A stretch of DNA of 64,000 nt from the NCBI GenBank assembly GCA_963674705.1, contig OY771506.1, positions 4,608,001-4,672,000 on the forward strand. The letters are read 5' to 3'. Below are positions 1 to 9,959 of the stretch, piece after piece (position 1 is the stretch's first letter; every line of letters begins with the position of its first letter). The position numbers and the translations under genes were made by a program. The stretch is from Phycisphaeraceae bacterium. GTDB taxonomy: Bacteria > Planctomycetota > Phycisphaerae > Phycisphaerales > Phycisphaeraceae. The notes beneath the pieces are model-generated. The model ran no database searches, was not told the origin of the DNA, and worked only from the letters and a program-made list of their open reading frames with translations.

Positions 1-651
1 CTTGTTGTATTGTATGGCGGTATCAAATATTTCTGATAAACCGCCGGGGATCTGGTAGATGATCACCAGCAGACACAACACGCCGCCGAGGCCGAGGATG
101 ATCGTCTGCACGACGTCGGTCCAGATGACCGCTTCGATACCACCGACGATCGTGTACACCGCGACGGCGACACCGCCGATGATGATGCACCAGACCGTGG
201 AGATACCGAGCATTTCGTGCATGAGGATGCCGAGCAGGTAGAGAATCATACTCACTCGAACGACCTGCCCGAACACAAAAGCGCCCGCACCATACACACG
301 AACGGAAGGCCCAAAGCGTCGTTCGAGATACTCATATGCAGTCGTGGTCGGCGTGCGTCGGAAGAACGGCAGGAAGACGTAGGCCGCGATGATGACGGCG
401 AGGGGCAGCGCAAGCGTCCCGATGAAGCGCAGCCAGCCGGTTTTGAAGGAGTCGGCCGGGAATGACAGGAACGTGATCGAACTGATCGATGTGCCTACGA
501 GGCTGAGCCCGACGACCCAACCGCTCATAGAGCGTCCGCCGACGAAGTAGGCTTCGGTGTTGGTGTTGCGCTTGGCAAAGTACAAACCCATCAGCGTGAT
601 CAACACGCCGTAGGCAATCAGCACTGATAGATCGATCACAGACAGATTCAT
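1..651 (-). CDS. Sodium:solute symporter (SSS family, SiaT-like), 5' part; runs off the window start
   Basis: Not in the ORF track. Manual translation from ATG 651 (ATGA overlap with the upstream stop) gives MNLSVIDLSVLIAYGVLITLMGLYFAKRNTNTEAYFVGGRSMSGWVVGLSLVGTSISSITFLSFP...AYEYLERRFG...GGIEAVIWTDVVQ, which are typical SSS motifs. Confidence 0.9.
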   Translation of the reverse strand, partial: MNLSVIDLSVLIAYGVLITLMGLYFAKRNTNTEAYFVGGRSMSGWVVGLSLVGTSISSITFLSFPADSFKTGWLRFIGTLALPLAVIIAAYVFLPFFRRTPTTTAYEYLERRFGPSVRVYGAGAFVFGQVVRVSMILYLLGILMHEMLGISTVWCIIIGGVAVAVYTIVGGIEAVIWTDVVQTIILGLGGVLCLLVIIYQIPGGLSEIFDTAIQYNK

Positions 652-2375
652 CGTTGTGCGCCCCCGTTGCTATCCGGCTTGCCGGGATGGACTCGCAGTG
701 TCGCGATGGTTCCGATGAAGTCGCCGCCGATCGTGGTGGGCGCTTGTGGCGGGGCTGTGGCGGTGGAGGTAGGGCCGAGGTTGACGGTCAGCGATTGTGT
801 TTGGCCGTCGACTATCATGTGCATGACTTCGTTTTCAACCCAGACGGTGAATGTGTGCGGCCGGCCGTCGTCAACGCGCTGATCGCTGAAGAGGGTTTTG
901 TCGTCATCCTTACCGGGGCCCATGACGTTGAAGTAGAGCTTGCCTTTGTAGCTTCGATCGGATCGACCGATGGTCACGGCGAAGCCACCGAGGCTGTTCA
1001 TGTTGTCGAGGATGAAGCGGTTGGGGCCGTCTTCGTTTGGCGGGGTCTGGAACGCGCCGGTGATGGTAAAGTCACTCCGGCCGTGCTGGAACAGCGGGTT
1101 ACTCGAATCGATCGACACGCCCGACTGGCTCATGCTGAATTGCGTGGGGCGGCTGATGATCGTGCCGTCGTCCTTGATTTCCAGGTCACGGACCGGTTGC
1201 GTTGTTGCTGGTGGGTCCCAGATCGTGCAGGCGATGAACTCGTCCGGATGCTCAACGGTGGTGTGGTAGTAGATTGCGAGTATTTTACCGTCGCTGCGTA
1301 AGGCGGCGCGGATGTAGCCAAGGTCCCACTCACGGCCGTTATCCTGGAGGACGAATTCTTTCGACCATGACTTGCCTGCATCTTCACTGATCTTGGCGCG
1401 TACGCCGTAGGGTTCGTTGCGGTAGCCATAGATGGCGGCGACGCGTCCGTTACCGAGGTCGATGAGGCTTGCGGGGTTGTTGTTGCGATTGAAGATAATG
1501 CTTCGTCTTTTCCAGGTATTGCCGGAGTCTGTCGAGGCTCTGAGGTCGGTCCACTTGTGTCGTCCGATGCTCCATCGCACAGCGGCGAGCATGGTGCCAT
1601 CGTCGAGCATCGTCACGCCGGGCATGCATGCGTAAGCAGGTTTTGCCTGACTGATTTCGAGTCCTTCTAAAGGATCGGGCGTGAGCCAGGCGATGCGGTT
1701 GAATGTCTTGCCGGCGTCGGTTGTCTTCATCACCATGATGCGCAGGTGTTCGCCCTGATCGTATGGGATGTCGGTTGCTTCGTAGAAGAGAATCGCTGTT
1801 TGAGAATCAATGACGAGGTAGTTGGTCCGAGCCTTGATGAAACGCTTGTCGGCGTGGGGGAGCTGGTACGGTCCTTGCCAGTTGTGGCCGCGATTGTATG
1901 AATACCAGAACCTATCGCCACGGGCTTTGAGCGCGAAGTCCGGATGCGTAAAGTTGATGTTGCCGGGGCTGGGAAGAGCGTCGGGGATCGGCTTGAAACC
2001 GGGGCGCTGAACGTAATAGCCATCTTCTGCGAAGTAGCCGGGGATGCTCACTTCCGGATGTGCTTCGATCGTCCAGGTTTCGCCGCCATCGGTGCTGCGA
2101 GCGAAGTTGACCCACATGTAGGCTTCTTTATCGACGTTGTGGTAATCGTCACGCTGTTTGACGCGCGTGACGTTGAAGCCGACGAGTACTTCATCTCCCC
2201 ACCGCCACAAGCCTTCATTGGCGGGCCAGCCTGCGAACTCGTTTTCGCCTGAGTAGATCACGCTGTGTTCGATGTCTTCTGCAATAGCACAACCTGCCAG
2301 CAGGTGCAGGCATAGGAGAACTGCGAATAAAGGCAGAATGTAACGAGCCGCTTGATTGACATCCTTGAACTTCAT
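648..2375 (-). CDS. Secreted BNR/Asp-box (sialidase-like beta-propeller) protein with a C-terminal LamG-like domain
   Basis: Signal peptide; Asp boxes STDGGETW, TTDAGKTF, STDSGNTW, SEDAGKSW; FAGWPANEGLW motif. The C-terminal segment (DFTITG...GRSDRSYKG...SDQRVDDGRPH) is homologous to the neighbouring LamG domains. Confidence 0.8.
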   Translation of the reverse strand: MKFKDVNQAARYILPLFAVLLCLHLLAGCAIAEDIEHSVIYSGENEFAGWPANEGLWRWGDEVLVGFNVTRVKQRDDYHNVDKEAYMWVNFARSTDGGETWTIEAHPEVSIPGYFAEDGYYVQRPGFKPIPDALPSPGNINFTHPDFALKARGDRFWYSYNRGHNWQGPYQLPHADKRFIKARTNYLVIDSQTAILFYEATDIPYDQGEHLRIMVMKTTDAGKTFNRIAWLTPDPLEGLEISQAKPAYACMPGVTMLDDGTMLAAVRWSIGRHKWTDLRASTDSGNTWKRRSIIFNRNNNPASLIDLGNGRVAAIYGYRNEPYGVRAKISEDAGKSWSKEFVLQDNGREWDLGYIRAALRSDGKILAIYYHTTVEHPDEFIACTIWDPPATTQPVRDLEIKDDGTIISRPTQFSMSQSGVSIDSSNPLFQHGRSDFTITGAFQTPPNEDGPNRFILDNMNSLGGFAVTIGRSDRSYKGKLYFNVMGPGKDDDKTLFSDQRVDDGRPHTFTVWVENEVMHMIVDGQTQSLTVNLGPTSTATAPPQAPTTIGGDFIGTIATLRVHPGKPDSNGGAQR

Positions 2376-2396
2376 GTATGAATTCGCCCTTTTCGA

Positions 2397-3566
2397 TTAC
2401 TTATCCGTTAACTCGTCGTTGGAAACGTGGACCAGACGCACCTCGCGGCGGTCGCGGTCGTATGCCACCAGCAACTGTCCATCCTGAGTCACAACAGCAT
2501 GCGGGTATGCGCAGCGAGCCCCTTCAGCGAGGACACGCTTGGTTTTCCATGTCTGCATCTGATCGTCACTGATCCACATCGCAAGCGGATCACGACTGCC
2601 CCGGCCGCCGATCTTTCCGCCTGTCGGATTCAGGAATAAGGCGATCCGGTTGCCGGGCAAAGCAAGCAGTTGCGCCATCGACGACGGGTTCTTGATCCCG
2701 GTTGCCACAGCGGGCGTCCAGCTCTGGCCGCGGTCCGTGCTTTCCGAACGCCAGAGGAAACCGCCCCACTCGGCACGCATGAGCATGATAAGTTTGCCGT
2801 CGGATAGCTGCACGACCGATGGTTCAATCAGACCGAGCGGACGGTTGTCGATCCGGCCCAGTGGTTCGATCGTCTTCGCGGTCTCATTAGAGCCGAATGC
2901 CATGCAGCCGTGCAGGAAACGTGAGAACTTATTCGTGTTCAGCTCCGGATACTTATTCGCAAGTGCGACGGCTTCGGCTTCGTTATTTGCCTGCGCGATC
3001 GCCGTATAGTCGCCATGCAGTGGAGCATCTCGCTTTTGGAAGAAGGTGCCCGGGAACAACCACGACCCATCATCCAGCTGGATGCGACGCCCCAGTGAGG
3101 CGTAATTATCCAGCAATGTGAAACGCTCGGGCTGCGTCCACGTTTTGCCGTTGTCGTTCGACACCATGCGGAAGTAGTACCACGTCGTGTACTCGTCCTC
3201 ACTGGGCCAGTATGCACCGAGTGCAACAAGCGTGCCATCTGACATCGTGAACATGTTCGTCACATGCGAAGCATCTTCACCGCATGGGACAAGGATGCTC
3301 GGCTGCGACCACGTATTGCCGCCGTCGGTCGAACGTGCGATCAGTACACAATTGTCTGTCGCGGGCTCGCTGTCGGTCCCGCTTAACCAGGAGATCAGCA
3401 GGTCGCCGTTAGCCGCTTCAGCCAGGTTCACCGCACAAGCAAGACGATAGGTTACACCACTGTGCATCCAACCTTCATGACCATCGAATACCGTCACTTC
3501 ACGCACTCCAGCCGAGAGTGGTGTGATGATGAACATCAGGATTAACAGGGATAAAAATAGTCGCAT
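2397..3566 (-). CDS. Secreted sialidase-family/BNR_2 repeat protein
   Basis: Signal peptide; Asp boxes STDGGNTW, SNDNGKTW, STDRGQSW; EPSVVQLSDGKLIMLMR; C-terminal AYP motif. Confidence 0.8.
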   Translation of the reverse strand: MRLFLSLLILMFIITPLSAGVREVTVFDGHEGWMHSGVTYRLACAVNLAEAANGDLLISWLSGTDSEPATDNCVLIARSTDGGNTWSQPSILVPCGEDASHVTNMFTMSDGTLVALGAYWPSEDEYTTWYYFRMVSNDNGKTWTQPERFTLLDNYASLGRRIQLDDGSWLFPGTFFQKRDAPLHGDYTAIAQANNEAEAVALANKYPELNTNKFSRFLHGCMAFGSNETAKTIEPLGRIDNRPLGLIEPSVVQLSDGKLIMLMRAEWGGFLWRSESTDRGQSWTPAVATGIKNPSSMAQLLALPGNRIALFLNPTGGKIGGRGSRDPLAMWISDDQMQTWKTKRVLAEGARCAYPHAVVTQDGQLLVAYDRDRREVRLVHVSNDELTDK

Positions 3567-3610
3567 AATGCTTCTGGTGTGCGGTTTTAGTACACGAGCA
3601 GATAAGTCGT

Positions 3611-5734
3611 TTACCGGCGTCTACACGCAACGATCATTGAGGCTATTGCCAATAGCCCCAGTGTGCCGGGTTCGGGCACTGCGGATAAGGGTGGTGAACC
3701 CGCGTTCCAATTGCTGAGTACGAGATCGAGGTCATCCAGGCCGACGAAGCCGTCGCCCGTGGGATCACCTTCGGATAATTCGCCTGCGGTGACGTTCGTG
3801 TTCCAGTGGCTGAGGACGATGTCAAGGTCGTCGAGGCCGACGAAGCCGTCGCCGTCGAGATCGCCTTCGAGTAGATCGAGTGACAAACCCTGCCATGCCT
3901 CGAACAATCCGCCTCCGATGAGCGTACCGTTACCGTCGATGGCAGCGGTCAGCGCGGTGTTGAAGATCTGCCAATCGTCGAGCGAGCCTTGGAAAGGCTT
4001 TTGTGAAGAGCCGCGCATGCCCATCTGTGCGACGACGCTGGCAGGGGCGGTAGCAGTGCTTTGAGCCTGCATGGTACCGGTATCCTGCTGCAAGACGCCG
4101 TCGACGTACATCGAGATTTCGCCGCCGTTCTGCATGACAGCGACCCAGTGCCAATCGCCGTCATCGATGCGGGAATCGGAAAAGACCTGCGTCTGGTTGA
4201 ACACGGAGCTGCTGCCGCCGCCGACGGTGAAGAAGACTTCACCGGCATAGCTGCGGTCGGCGCGGCCTACTTCGAAGACCCAGCCGCCGCCGGCGTAATC
4301 GATGTTCTGGAAGATCGGCATGTTGCCGTAGACGCCGGTTTCAGTATTCGTGGGCATCTTCACCCAGCCGGCGATCGTGAAGTTATCCGTCCCGAGATTG
4401 AAAGCGCTATTGTCATCGAATGTCACATTGGACGTTGTGCCGTTGAACACGCCGGCGTTGCCGTGGTCTGTATCGATGGTGCTGGAGCTGAATACGACAT
4501 CCTGCGCGGTCCCGTTTGTGGAACCGATGCTGTCGTTCAAAGTCGAGCCCGAAGATTCATCGAACTTGTACCACGTGCTGATGGATTCGGCCGATGTTTT
4601 CGGGATATCCCAGATTGTGCTGGCGATGTAGTTGGCTTGCAGATCGTTGGTCGTGTAGTAGTAGACAGCGGTGATATTGCCGTCACTTCGCAATCCGCTG
4701 CGGACGTAGCCGATGTCCCACTCGCGGCCGTCGTCTCGAAGGATGTATTCCTGCGACCAGGTTTGTCCGCCATCTTCGCTGATCTTGCCGCGCAGGCCGT
4801 ACGGTGCGTTGCGGTAGCCGTAGACCATGCCAAGGCGCTGTCCACCGAGTGAGACGATGCTGACGGGATTGTTATTGCCGGAGACCGGCGTGCTGATAGT
4901 AGACCATGTGTTGCCGCCGTCTGTTGAAGCTCGCAGATCGTTCCAGCTCTGCGAGGCCAGTCGGTTGCGGACACCAGCCAGCATCGTGCCGTCATCAAGC
5001 TGCAACACACTTGGCATAACAGCATACGCAGGTAGTGACGATGTCGTATGGCCCATTAATGGATCATTCGAAAGCCAGGAAAGCTGCTGGAACGTCTGGC
5101 CTCCATCGGTGGTCTGCACGACCATTGTATTGATGTACTCACCGCTGCTGGGCGGGTAGTCCGTCGCTTCGATGAACATCACAAGCGTTTGCGAATCGAT
5201 GGCCAGGTAGTTTGTGCGAGCTTCCAGGTAATCCATGCCGAACGTCGGCAAGCTATAGGGATCGGACCAGGATTGTCCCTTGTCGGATGAAACCTGGAAG
5301 ATCCCGTTGCGAGACTTAAGCGTGAAGCCTTCAGCGGTAAAGTCGAATCCGCCGGGGCTTGCTACGGCTGCGGGGATAGCGCTATAGCTTGGGTCCTTGA
5401 CATAGTTAGGGCCGTTGAAGAACCCGGGGATACTCACTTCGGGATGCGTTTCAATCGTCCAGGTTTCGCCGCCATCGTAACTGCGAGAAAACTGAACGCA
5501 TTGATACGCGCCGGGGACGACGTTGTGGCCTGTCTGTTCCTGGTAGGCCGTCACGTTGTAGGCGACGAGCATCTCATCGCCCCACTGCCAGAACCCTTCA
5601 TTGGCGGGCCAACCGGCGAACAACTGCGGATCACTGAACACGACGTCGTGCTCCACCTGGGCGATCTGCCCGAGGGCCAGCGACGCAAACAGGAGCGGAA
5701 CCGTGATGAATAAACTTCTGAACATACGTATCAC
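3611..5734 (-). CDS. Sialidase-like propeller + LamG + dockerin-like tandem repeat + PEP-CTERM surface protein
   Basis: FAGWPANEGFW and Asp boxes; LamG (WYKFDE...WHWVAV...MYVDG...GSLDDWQIF); two GDxxGDGFVGLDDLD repeats; ends VPEPGTLGLLAIASMIVACRRR. Confidence 0.85.
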   Translation of the reverse strand: MIRMFRSLFITVPLLFASLALGQIAQVEHDVVFSDPQLFAGWPANEGFWQWGDEMLVAYNVTAYQEQTGHNVVPGAYQCVQFSRSYDGGETWTIETHPEVSIPGFFNGPNYVKDPSYSAIPAAVASPGGFDFTAEGFTLKSRNGIFQVSSDKGQSWSDPYSLPTFGMDYLEARTNYLAIDSQTLVMFIEATDYPPSSGEYINTMVVQTTDGGQTFQQLSWLSNDPLMGHTTSSLPAYAVMPSVLQLDDGTMLAGVRNRLASQSWNDLRASTDGGNTWSTISTPVSGNNNPVSIVSLGGQRLGMVYGYRNAPYGLRGKISEDGGQTWSQEYILRDDGREWDIGYVRSGLRSDGNITAVYYYTTNDLQANYIASTIWDIPKTSAESISTWYKFDESSGSTLNDSIGSTNGTAQDVVFSSSTIDTDHGNAGVFNGTTSNVTFDDNSAFNLGTDNFTIAGWVKMPTNTETGVYGNMPIFQNIDYAGGGWVFEVGRADRSYAGEVFFTVGGGSSSVFNQTQVFSDSRIDDGDWHWVAVMQNGGEISMYVDGVLQQDTGTMQAQSTATAPASVVAQMGMRGSSQKPFQGSLDDWQIFNTALTAAIDGNGTLIGGGLFEAWQGLSLDLLEGDLDGDGFVGLDDLDIVLSHWNTNVTAGELSEGDPTGDGFVGLDDLDLVLSNWNAGSPPLSAVPEPGTLGLLAIASMIVACRRR

Positions 5735-5742
5735 TCACTTCG

Positions 5743-6894
5743 TTAATCTGCTGTGTGCTTCGCAGGATTCCAGATGGTGGCGGCGATATGGTTCGCCGGC
5801 TTATCTTGCGTTGTGTAGTAGTAAACGATCAGCACTCGGCCATCGTTACGAACGGCTGCGCGGACGTAGCCCAGGTCCCATTCACGGGCATCATCTCTAA
5901 GGATGACTTCATCGGACCATGTCCTGCCCGCATCTTCGCTGATCTTGCCACGAATCCCGTAAGGCTCTGCACGGTAGCCATACACGACGGCGACACGATC
6001 GCCACCCAGGTTGAGTAGAGACGCGGGGTTGTTGTTGTTATCGAACGCGGTGCTGCGCTTCTGCCAGGTTCGGCCGGCGTCGGTAGATGCGACGACATCA
6101 CACCATTTATGACGACTGACTCGGTTGCGCATCGCCGCGAGGATCGTGCCGTCGTCCAGCTCCACGACGCCCGGCATCAGGGAGAACACGGGTTCGCCCG
6201 GCTTCGCGCCATCGAACTGTCGCGGGTCATCGGTCAGCCATGAGACAAAGTGGAAGCTCTTACCGCCGTCGGTTGTTTCGGCCATCATGGTTCGGCCGTG
6301 CTCGCCCTGCGATAACGGGATCGCCGCGGCGGAGAAGAACAGCCGACACGTCTTGCTGTCGACAACCAGGTAATTCGTGCGAGCTGTCAGGACGTGTTGC
6401 CCGAAGTCGGGCAGGACGAAGGGGCCGTCCCAGTTGTGGCCGCGATCGTTGGATACATAGAACTTCGAGCCGCGGATCTTCATCGCAAAGTCTGGATGCG
6501 TAAAGTCGATCCCACCGGGGCATGGTCGAGGTTCGGCGACGCCCTCTCGCGTCTGTACGTAACGCGTCGGATCACCCAAGTATTCAGGCGGCGCGATTTC
6601 CAAATGTTCCTCGGGCTTCCACGTCAGGCCGCCATCCATGCTGCGGGCAAAAGCGATGCGTTTGGTGGCTTCACGATCGACGTTGTGGTTGTCGTCATGC
6701 TCCGAATAGGCGGAGACCTCGAACGCGACGAGCACCTCATCGCCCCACTGCCACAACCCTTCATTGGCGGGCCAGCCGGCGAATTCTTTATCGTTTGCGT
6801 AAACCACCACGTGCCGGACATCCGCAGCAACCTGGGCCATCAACAGGCTAGGCCACAGGATGGTGAGCAAGCATAAAACAACGCGCATTCTCAT
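5743..6894 (-). CDS. Secreted sialidase-like BNR protein (propeller domain only)
   Basis: Signal peptide; FAGWPANEGLW; Asp boxes; paralog of the N-terminal domains of 648..2375 and 3611..5734. Confidence 0.8.
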   Translation of the reverse strand: MRMRVVLCLLTILWPSLLMAQVAADVRHVVVYANDKEFAGWPANEGLWQWGDEVLVAFEVSAYSEHDDNHNVDREATKRIAFARSMDGGLTWKPEEHLEIAPPEYLGDPTRYVQTREGVAEPRPCPGGIDFTHPDFAMKIRGSKFYVSNDRGHNWDGPFVLPDFGQHVLTARTNYLVVDSKTCRLFFSAAAIPLSQGEHGRTMMAETTDGGKSFHFVSWLTDDPRQFDGAKPGEPVFSLMPGVVELDDGTILAAMRNRVSRHKWCDVVASTDAGRTWQKRSTAFDNNNNPASLLNLGGDRVAVVYGYRAEPYGIRGKISEDAGRTWSDEVILRDDAREWDLGYVRAAVRNDGRVLIVYYYTTQDKPANHIAATIWNPAKHTAD

Positions 6895-6915
6895 CGATTC
6901 CTTCTAATAGTGGTT

Positions 6916-7740
6916 TTATTCAGACACAGGCATGAGGAACTGGTAACTGAGGCGTTGTGACGGACCGGTCACGGTTTCCATGACCTCATCACTGCCTAGG
7001 TAGGTTGTTGCATGCCCGTCTTTGAATGCGAAGTTGCCTTCCGTGTATACACGGACATTGTCGGTGGGGCTTCTAACCCAATATTGTGAAGCGATCCAGG
7101 CGTTGTTGTAATCCGCTTCATCCGATCCGACATTGAAACTACCGCCACGAAGCGGATGATTGAAACGTGTGTAAGCACTGGCTTGCCAGGAGACGCGATC
7201 AGAAGCGATCACCTCGACTTTGTAGTCGCCGTACTCCCAGATGTCTGCTGTATTGGTCCACACACCACTACCGCCGTTTTGTCGCCACATCGGGTCCGAA
7301 TACTTGCCATCCTTATAATCACAGAAGTATCCCGGGATCAGTTGATAGTCGGTATACAGCCGTTTCGATGCGACAGGGATCGCGGCCTCCGACTTGTCCC
7401 ACTCCGGCTGGAAAGGACAACTGAAGAAGTTGGCACTGCCCATGTACTGGGTATACAGCGACCGTACATCGTGTTCGGGCTGGCCGGTATTACGAGATAA
7501 CTGTTCCGGGACACCGGTGTCGCCGAGAACTTCGTACAAGTGCATCGGCAGGCGTTGTGAATCGGCTTCGTAGCTGATCATTGCCAGGGCGACCTGCCTG
7601 ATATTGGATAGGCACTTCACGTTGGTTGCTGTTTTACGCGCTGCGCCGAGGGCGGGCAGAAGAATTCCGACCAACACGGCAATGATACTGATGACCACGA
7701 GCAGTTCGATCAGTGTGAAGGCTCTGCGATAGCAATCCAT
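6916..7740 (-). CDS. Prepilin-type N-terminal cleavage/methylation protein (DUF1559-like)
   Basis: [31 protein letters not shown]...CLSNIRQ; C-terminal GNFAFKDGH. Confidence 0.85.
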   Translation of the reverse strand: MDCYRRAFTLIELLVVISIIAVLVGILLPALGAARKTATNVKCLSNIRQVALAMISYEADSQRLPMHLYEVLGDTGVPEQLSRNTGQPEHDVRSLYTQYMGSANFFSCPFQPEWDKSEAAIPVASKRLYTDYQLIPGYFCDYKDGKYSDPMWRQNGGSGVWTNTADIWEYGDYKVEVIASDRVSWQASAYTRFNHPLRGGSFNVGSDEADYNNAWIASQYWVRSPTDNVRVYTEGNFAFKDGHATTYLGSDEVMETVTGPSQRLSYQFLMPVSE

Positions 7741-7772
7741 TTCTAAACTCCATTGCTTCGATGGGTTCGGCG

Positions 7773-7801
7773 GCAGCCGTGGTGGAGGGAGCCACGGCTG
7801 C
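7773..7801 (-). other. GC-rich intergenic stem-loop downstream of a PEP-CTERM gene
   Basis: gcagccgtgg ... ccacggctgc is a perfect 10-bp inverted repeat with no U-tract directly after the stem. Confidence 0.55.
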
Positions 7802-7835
7802 GGCCTGTAACCCTTTCAATTCCTAATCACGGATC

Positions 7836-8690
7836 TCAATCCGTTTTTCGCCTCAAAACCGCGGCGCCCGTGCCCAACATGAGCAGCGATAATGACGCCG
7901 GTTCCGGTACCTGCCACACGTCGAACAAGGCGCCGCCAGTCAGCGTGCCATTGCCGTCGGCGGTAACACTCAAGGCTTCGTCGTAGACGCGCCAATCATC
8001 GAGGCTGCCGTCGTACAACGCCTGCGCCGTACCGCGTGCACCGAACTGCGCCACCGTCCCCGCTGGCGACGTCGCCGTGCTCGTGCCTGATACGAGCGCC
8101 CCCGTGTCTGTTTGAAGTACACCATCGATGTACATGTTGATGTTTCCGCCACTGTTGGTTACAGCGACCCAGTGCCATTGATCGTCATCCACGCGACCGT
8201 CGGAGAAGACCTGAGTCTGGTTGAAGGATGAACTGCTTCCGCCGCCGACGGTGAAGAAGATCTCTCCTCCATAGCTGCGGTCGCCGCGGCCGATCTCGAA
8301 TACCCAGCCGCCGCCGGCGTAGTTGATATTCTGGAAGACCGGCTTGTTGCCGAACACACCCATGGTGGTATTGGTCGGCATCTTTAACCATCCGGTGATG
8401 GTGAAGTCGCCCGTGCCGAGGTCGAGGCTGGCCGGCTCACCGAGTGTGACTTCTGAAGTCGTGCCGTTAAAGACGCCGGCATTACCCAGGCCGCTGCCGG
8501 TCACGCCCGCGCTGCTGGCGACAAACGAAAGGTCTGTCGCTGTGCCGTCCGCCGTTCCGACGCTGTCCGCGACAACGTTGCCGGACGATTCGTCAAAGCT
8601 GTACTGGGCGATCAGGCCCGCATTGGCTGAAAGTGTGCCGAGCATCATGGCTGCTGCAGTAGCTCCGATTGCATAGAAACTGCGTTTCAT
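7836..8690 (-). CDS. LamG-domain PEP-CTERM protein
   Basis: RBS aaggag; signal peptide; LamG motifs; ends VPEPASLSLLMLGTGAAVLRRKTD. Confidence 0.85.
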   Translation of the reverse strand: MKRSFYAIGATAAAMMLGTLSANAGLIAQYSFDESSGNVVADSVGTADGTATDLSFVASSAGVTGSGLGNAGVFNGTTSEVTLGEPASLDLGTGDFTITGWLKMPTNTTMGVFGNKPVFQNINYAGGGWVFEIGRGDRSYGGEIFFTVGGGSSSSFNQTQVFSDGRVDDDQWHWVAVTNSGGNINMYIDGVLQTDTGALVSGTSTATSPAGTVAQFGARGTAQALYDGSLDDWRVYDEALSVTADGNGTLTGGALFDVWQVPEPASLSLLMLGTGAAVLRRKTD

Positions 8691-8719
8691 TTCTTTCTCC
8701 TTTGTGTTTATCCTCCAGG

Positions 8720-8766
8720 CACCCTGTCGCTCGCGCTATAGGCGTAGCTATAGCGCAAGCAGGGTG
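8720..8766 (-). other. Intergenic stem-loop downstream of a PEP-CTERM gene
   Basis: caccctg..gct.gcgctatag / ctatagcgc.agc.agggtg forms an imperfect long inverted repeat. Confidence 0.5.
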
Positions 8767-8783
8767 AAACCTCGAGTCGTTTT

Positions 8784-9842
8784 TTAGTGACGTCGAATGA
8801 CTGCCAGGCCGCCAAGCCCCATGATCGCAAGTGCTGCAGGTTCGGGGACCGATGCCGCTGCGGGTGTACCTGCGTTCCAGTTATTCAGCACGATATCCAG
8901 GTCATCCAAACCCACAAAGCCATCGTTGGACGGATCGCCGTCTGGCCACGAGCCTGCGGTGACATTGGCGTTCCAGTTGTTCAGGATGATGTCAAGGTCG
9001 TCCAGGCCGACAAAGCCGTCGTCGTTGAGATCGCCATCAAGTTGAACACTGGCGCCGGTCTGCCAGACATCGTAGAGATCGCCACCGATCAGGTAGTTGC
9101 TGCCGTCGAGTGTTACGCTGAGCGATTCGTCGTAGACACGCCAATCGTCAAGGCTGCCTTCGTATGGTTGCTGTGCAAACCCACGGGCACCGAACTGTGC
9201 GATGATCCCTTCCGGTGAAGTGGCGGTGCTGATCCCATCCACGAGTGCGCCGGTGTCGACCTGCAGCAGGCCGTCGATGTACATATTGGTGTTCCCGCCG
9301 GTGTTGGTCACGGCAACCCAGTGCCACTGATCATCATCAACGCGACCATCGGAGAAGACCTGAGTCTGGTTGAAGTCCGAACTTGGCCCCCCACCGACGG
9401 TGAAGAATATCTCGCCGGCATAGCTGCGGTCGTTTCGGCCGACCTCGAAGACGAAGCCACCGCCGGCATAGCTGATATTCTGGAATACGGGGCGGTTGCC
9501 GTAGACACCTTCCTCTTGATTTGTAGGCATTTTGAACCAGCCGGCGATCGTGAAGTCACCGGTGCCCAGATCAAGCGCCTCCGGCTCGCCGAGTGATACC
9601 TCAGATGAGTAACCATTGAATACACCGGCGTTGCCCAGGTCGGCGCCGCCAACCCCTGCGCCGCTAGCGGCGAAGGTCAGGTCCGTCGCTGTGCCGTCGT
9701 TGGACCCGGCGCTGTCGCTGACGGTTGTGCCTGAGGTTTCATTGAATTCGTAATGTGCTACCAGTGTGCCCCGGGCCGAGCCGGCGCTTAATCCCAGCAG
9801 ACAAGCGGTCGTCACCGCCACCATTGTTTGTGACTTCTGCAT
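8784..9842 (-). CDS. LamG + dockerin-like + PEP-CTERM protein
   Basis: ATG 9842 with ggagg RBS (the ORF track extends to 9866). LamG is very similar to that of 7836..8690; two GDxxxDGFVGLDDLD repeats; ends VPEPAALAIMGLGGLAVIRRH. Confidence 0.85.
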   Translation of the reverse strand: MQKSQTMVAVTTACLLGLSAGSARGTLVAHYEFNETSGTTVSDSAGSNDGTATDLTFAASGAGVGGADLGNAGVFNGYSSEVSLGEPEALDLGTGDFTIAGWFKMPTNQEEGVYGNRPVFQNISYAGGGFVFEVGRNDRSYAGEIFFTVGGGPSSDFNQTQVFSDGRVDDDQWHWVAVTNTGGNTNMYIDGLLQVDTGALVDGISTATSPEGIIAQFGARGFAQQPYEGSLDDWRVYDESLSVTLDGSNYLIGGDLYDVWQTGASVQLDGDLNDDGFVGLDDLDIILNNWNANVTAGSWPDGDPSNDGFVGLDDLDIVLNNWNAGTPAAASVPEPAALAIMGLGGLAVIRRH

Positions 9843-9959
9843 AACGGGTGTTCTCCTCCAAGTCATTTGATGTGATAGATTGTCGTGTGATAGTCAAGCT
9901 GATACAGGTTTGATGGACCTGCGTTGACAACGGGTATCCGGATCAGGCGTCACCGACGG

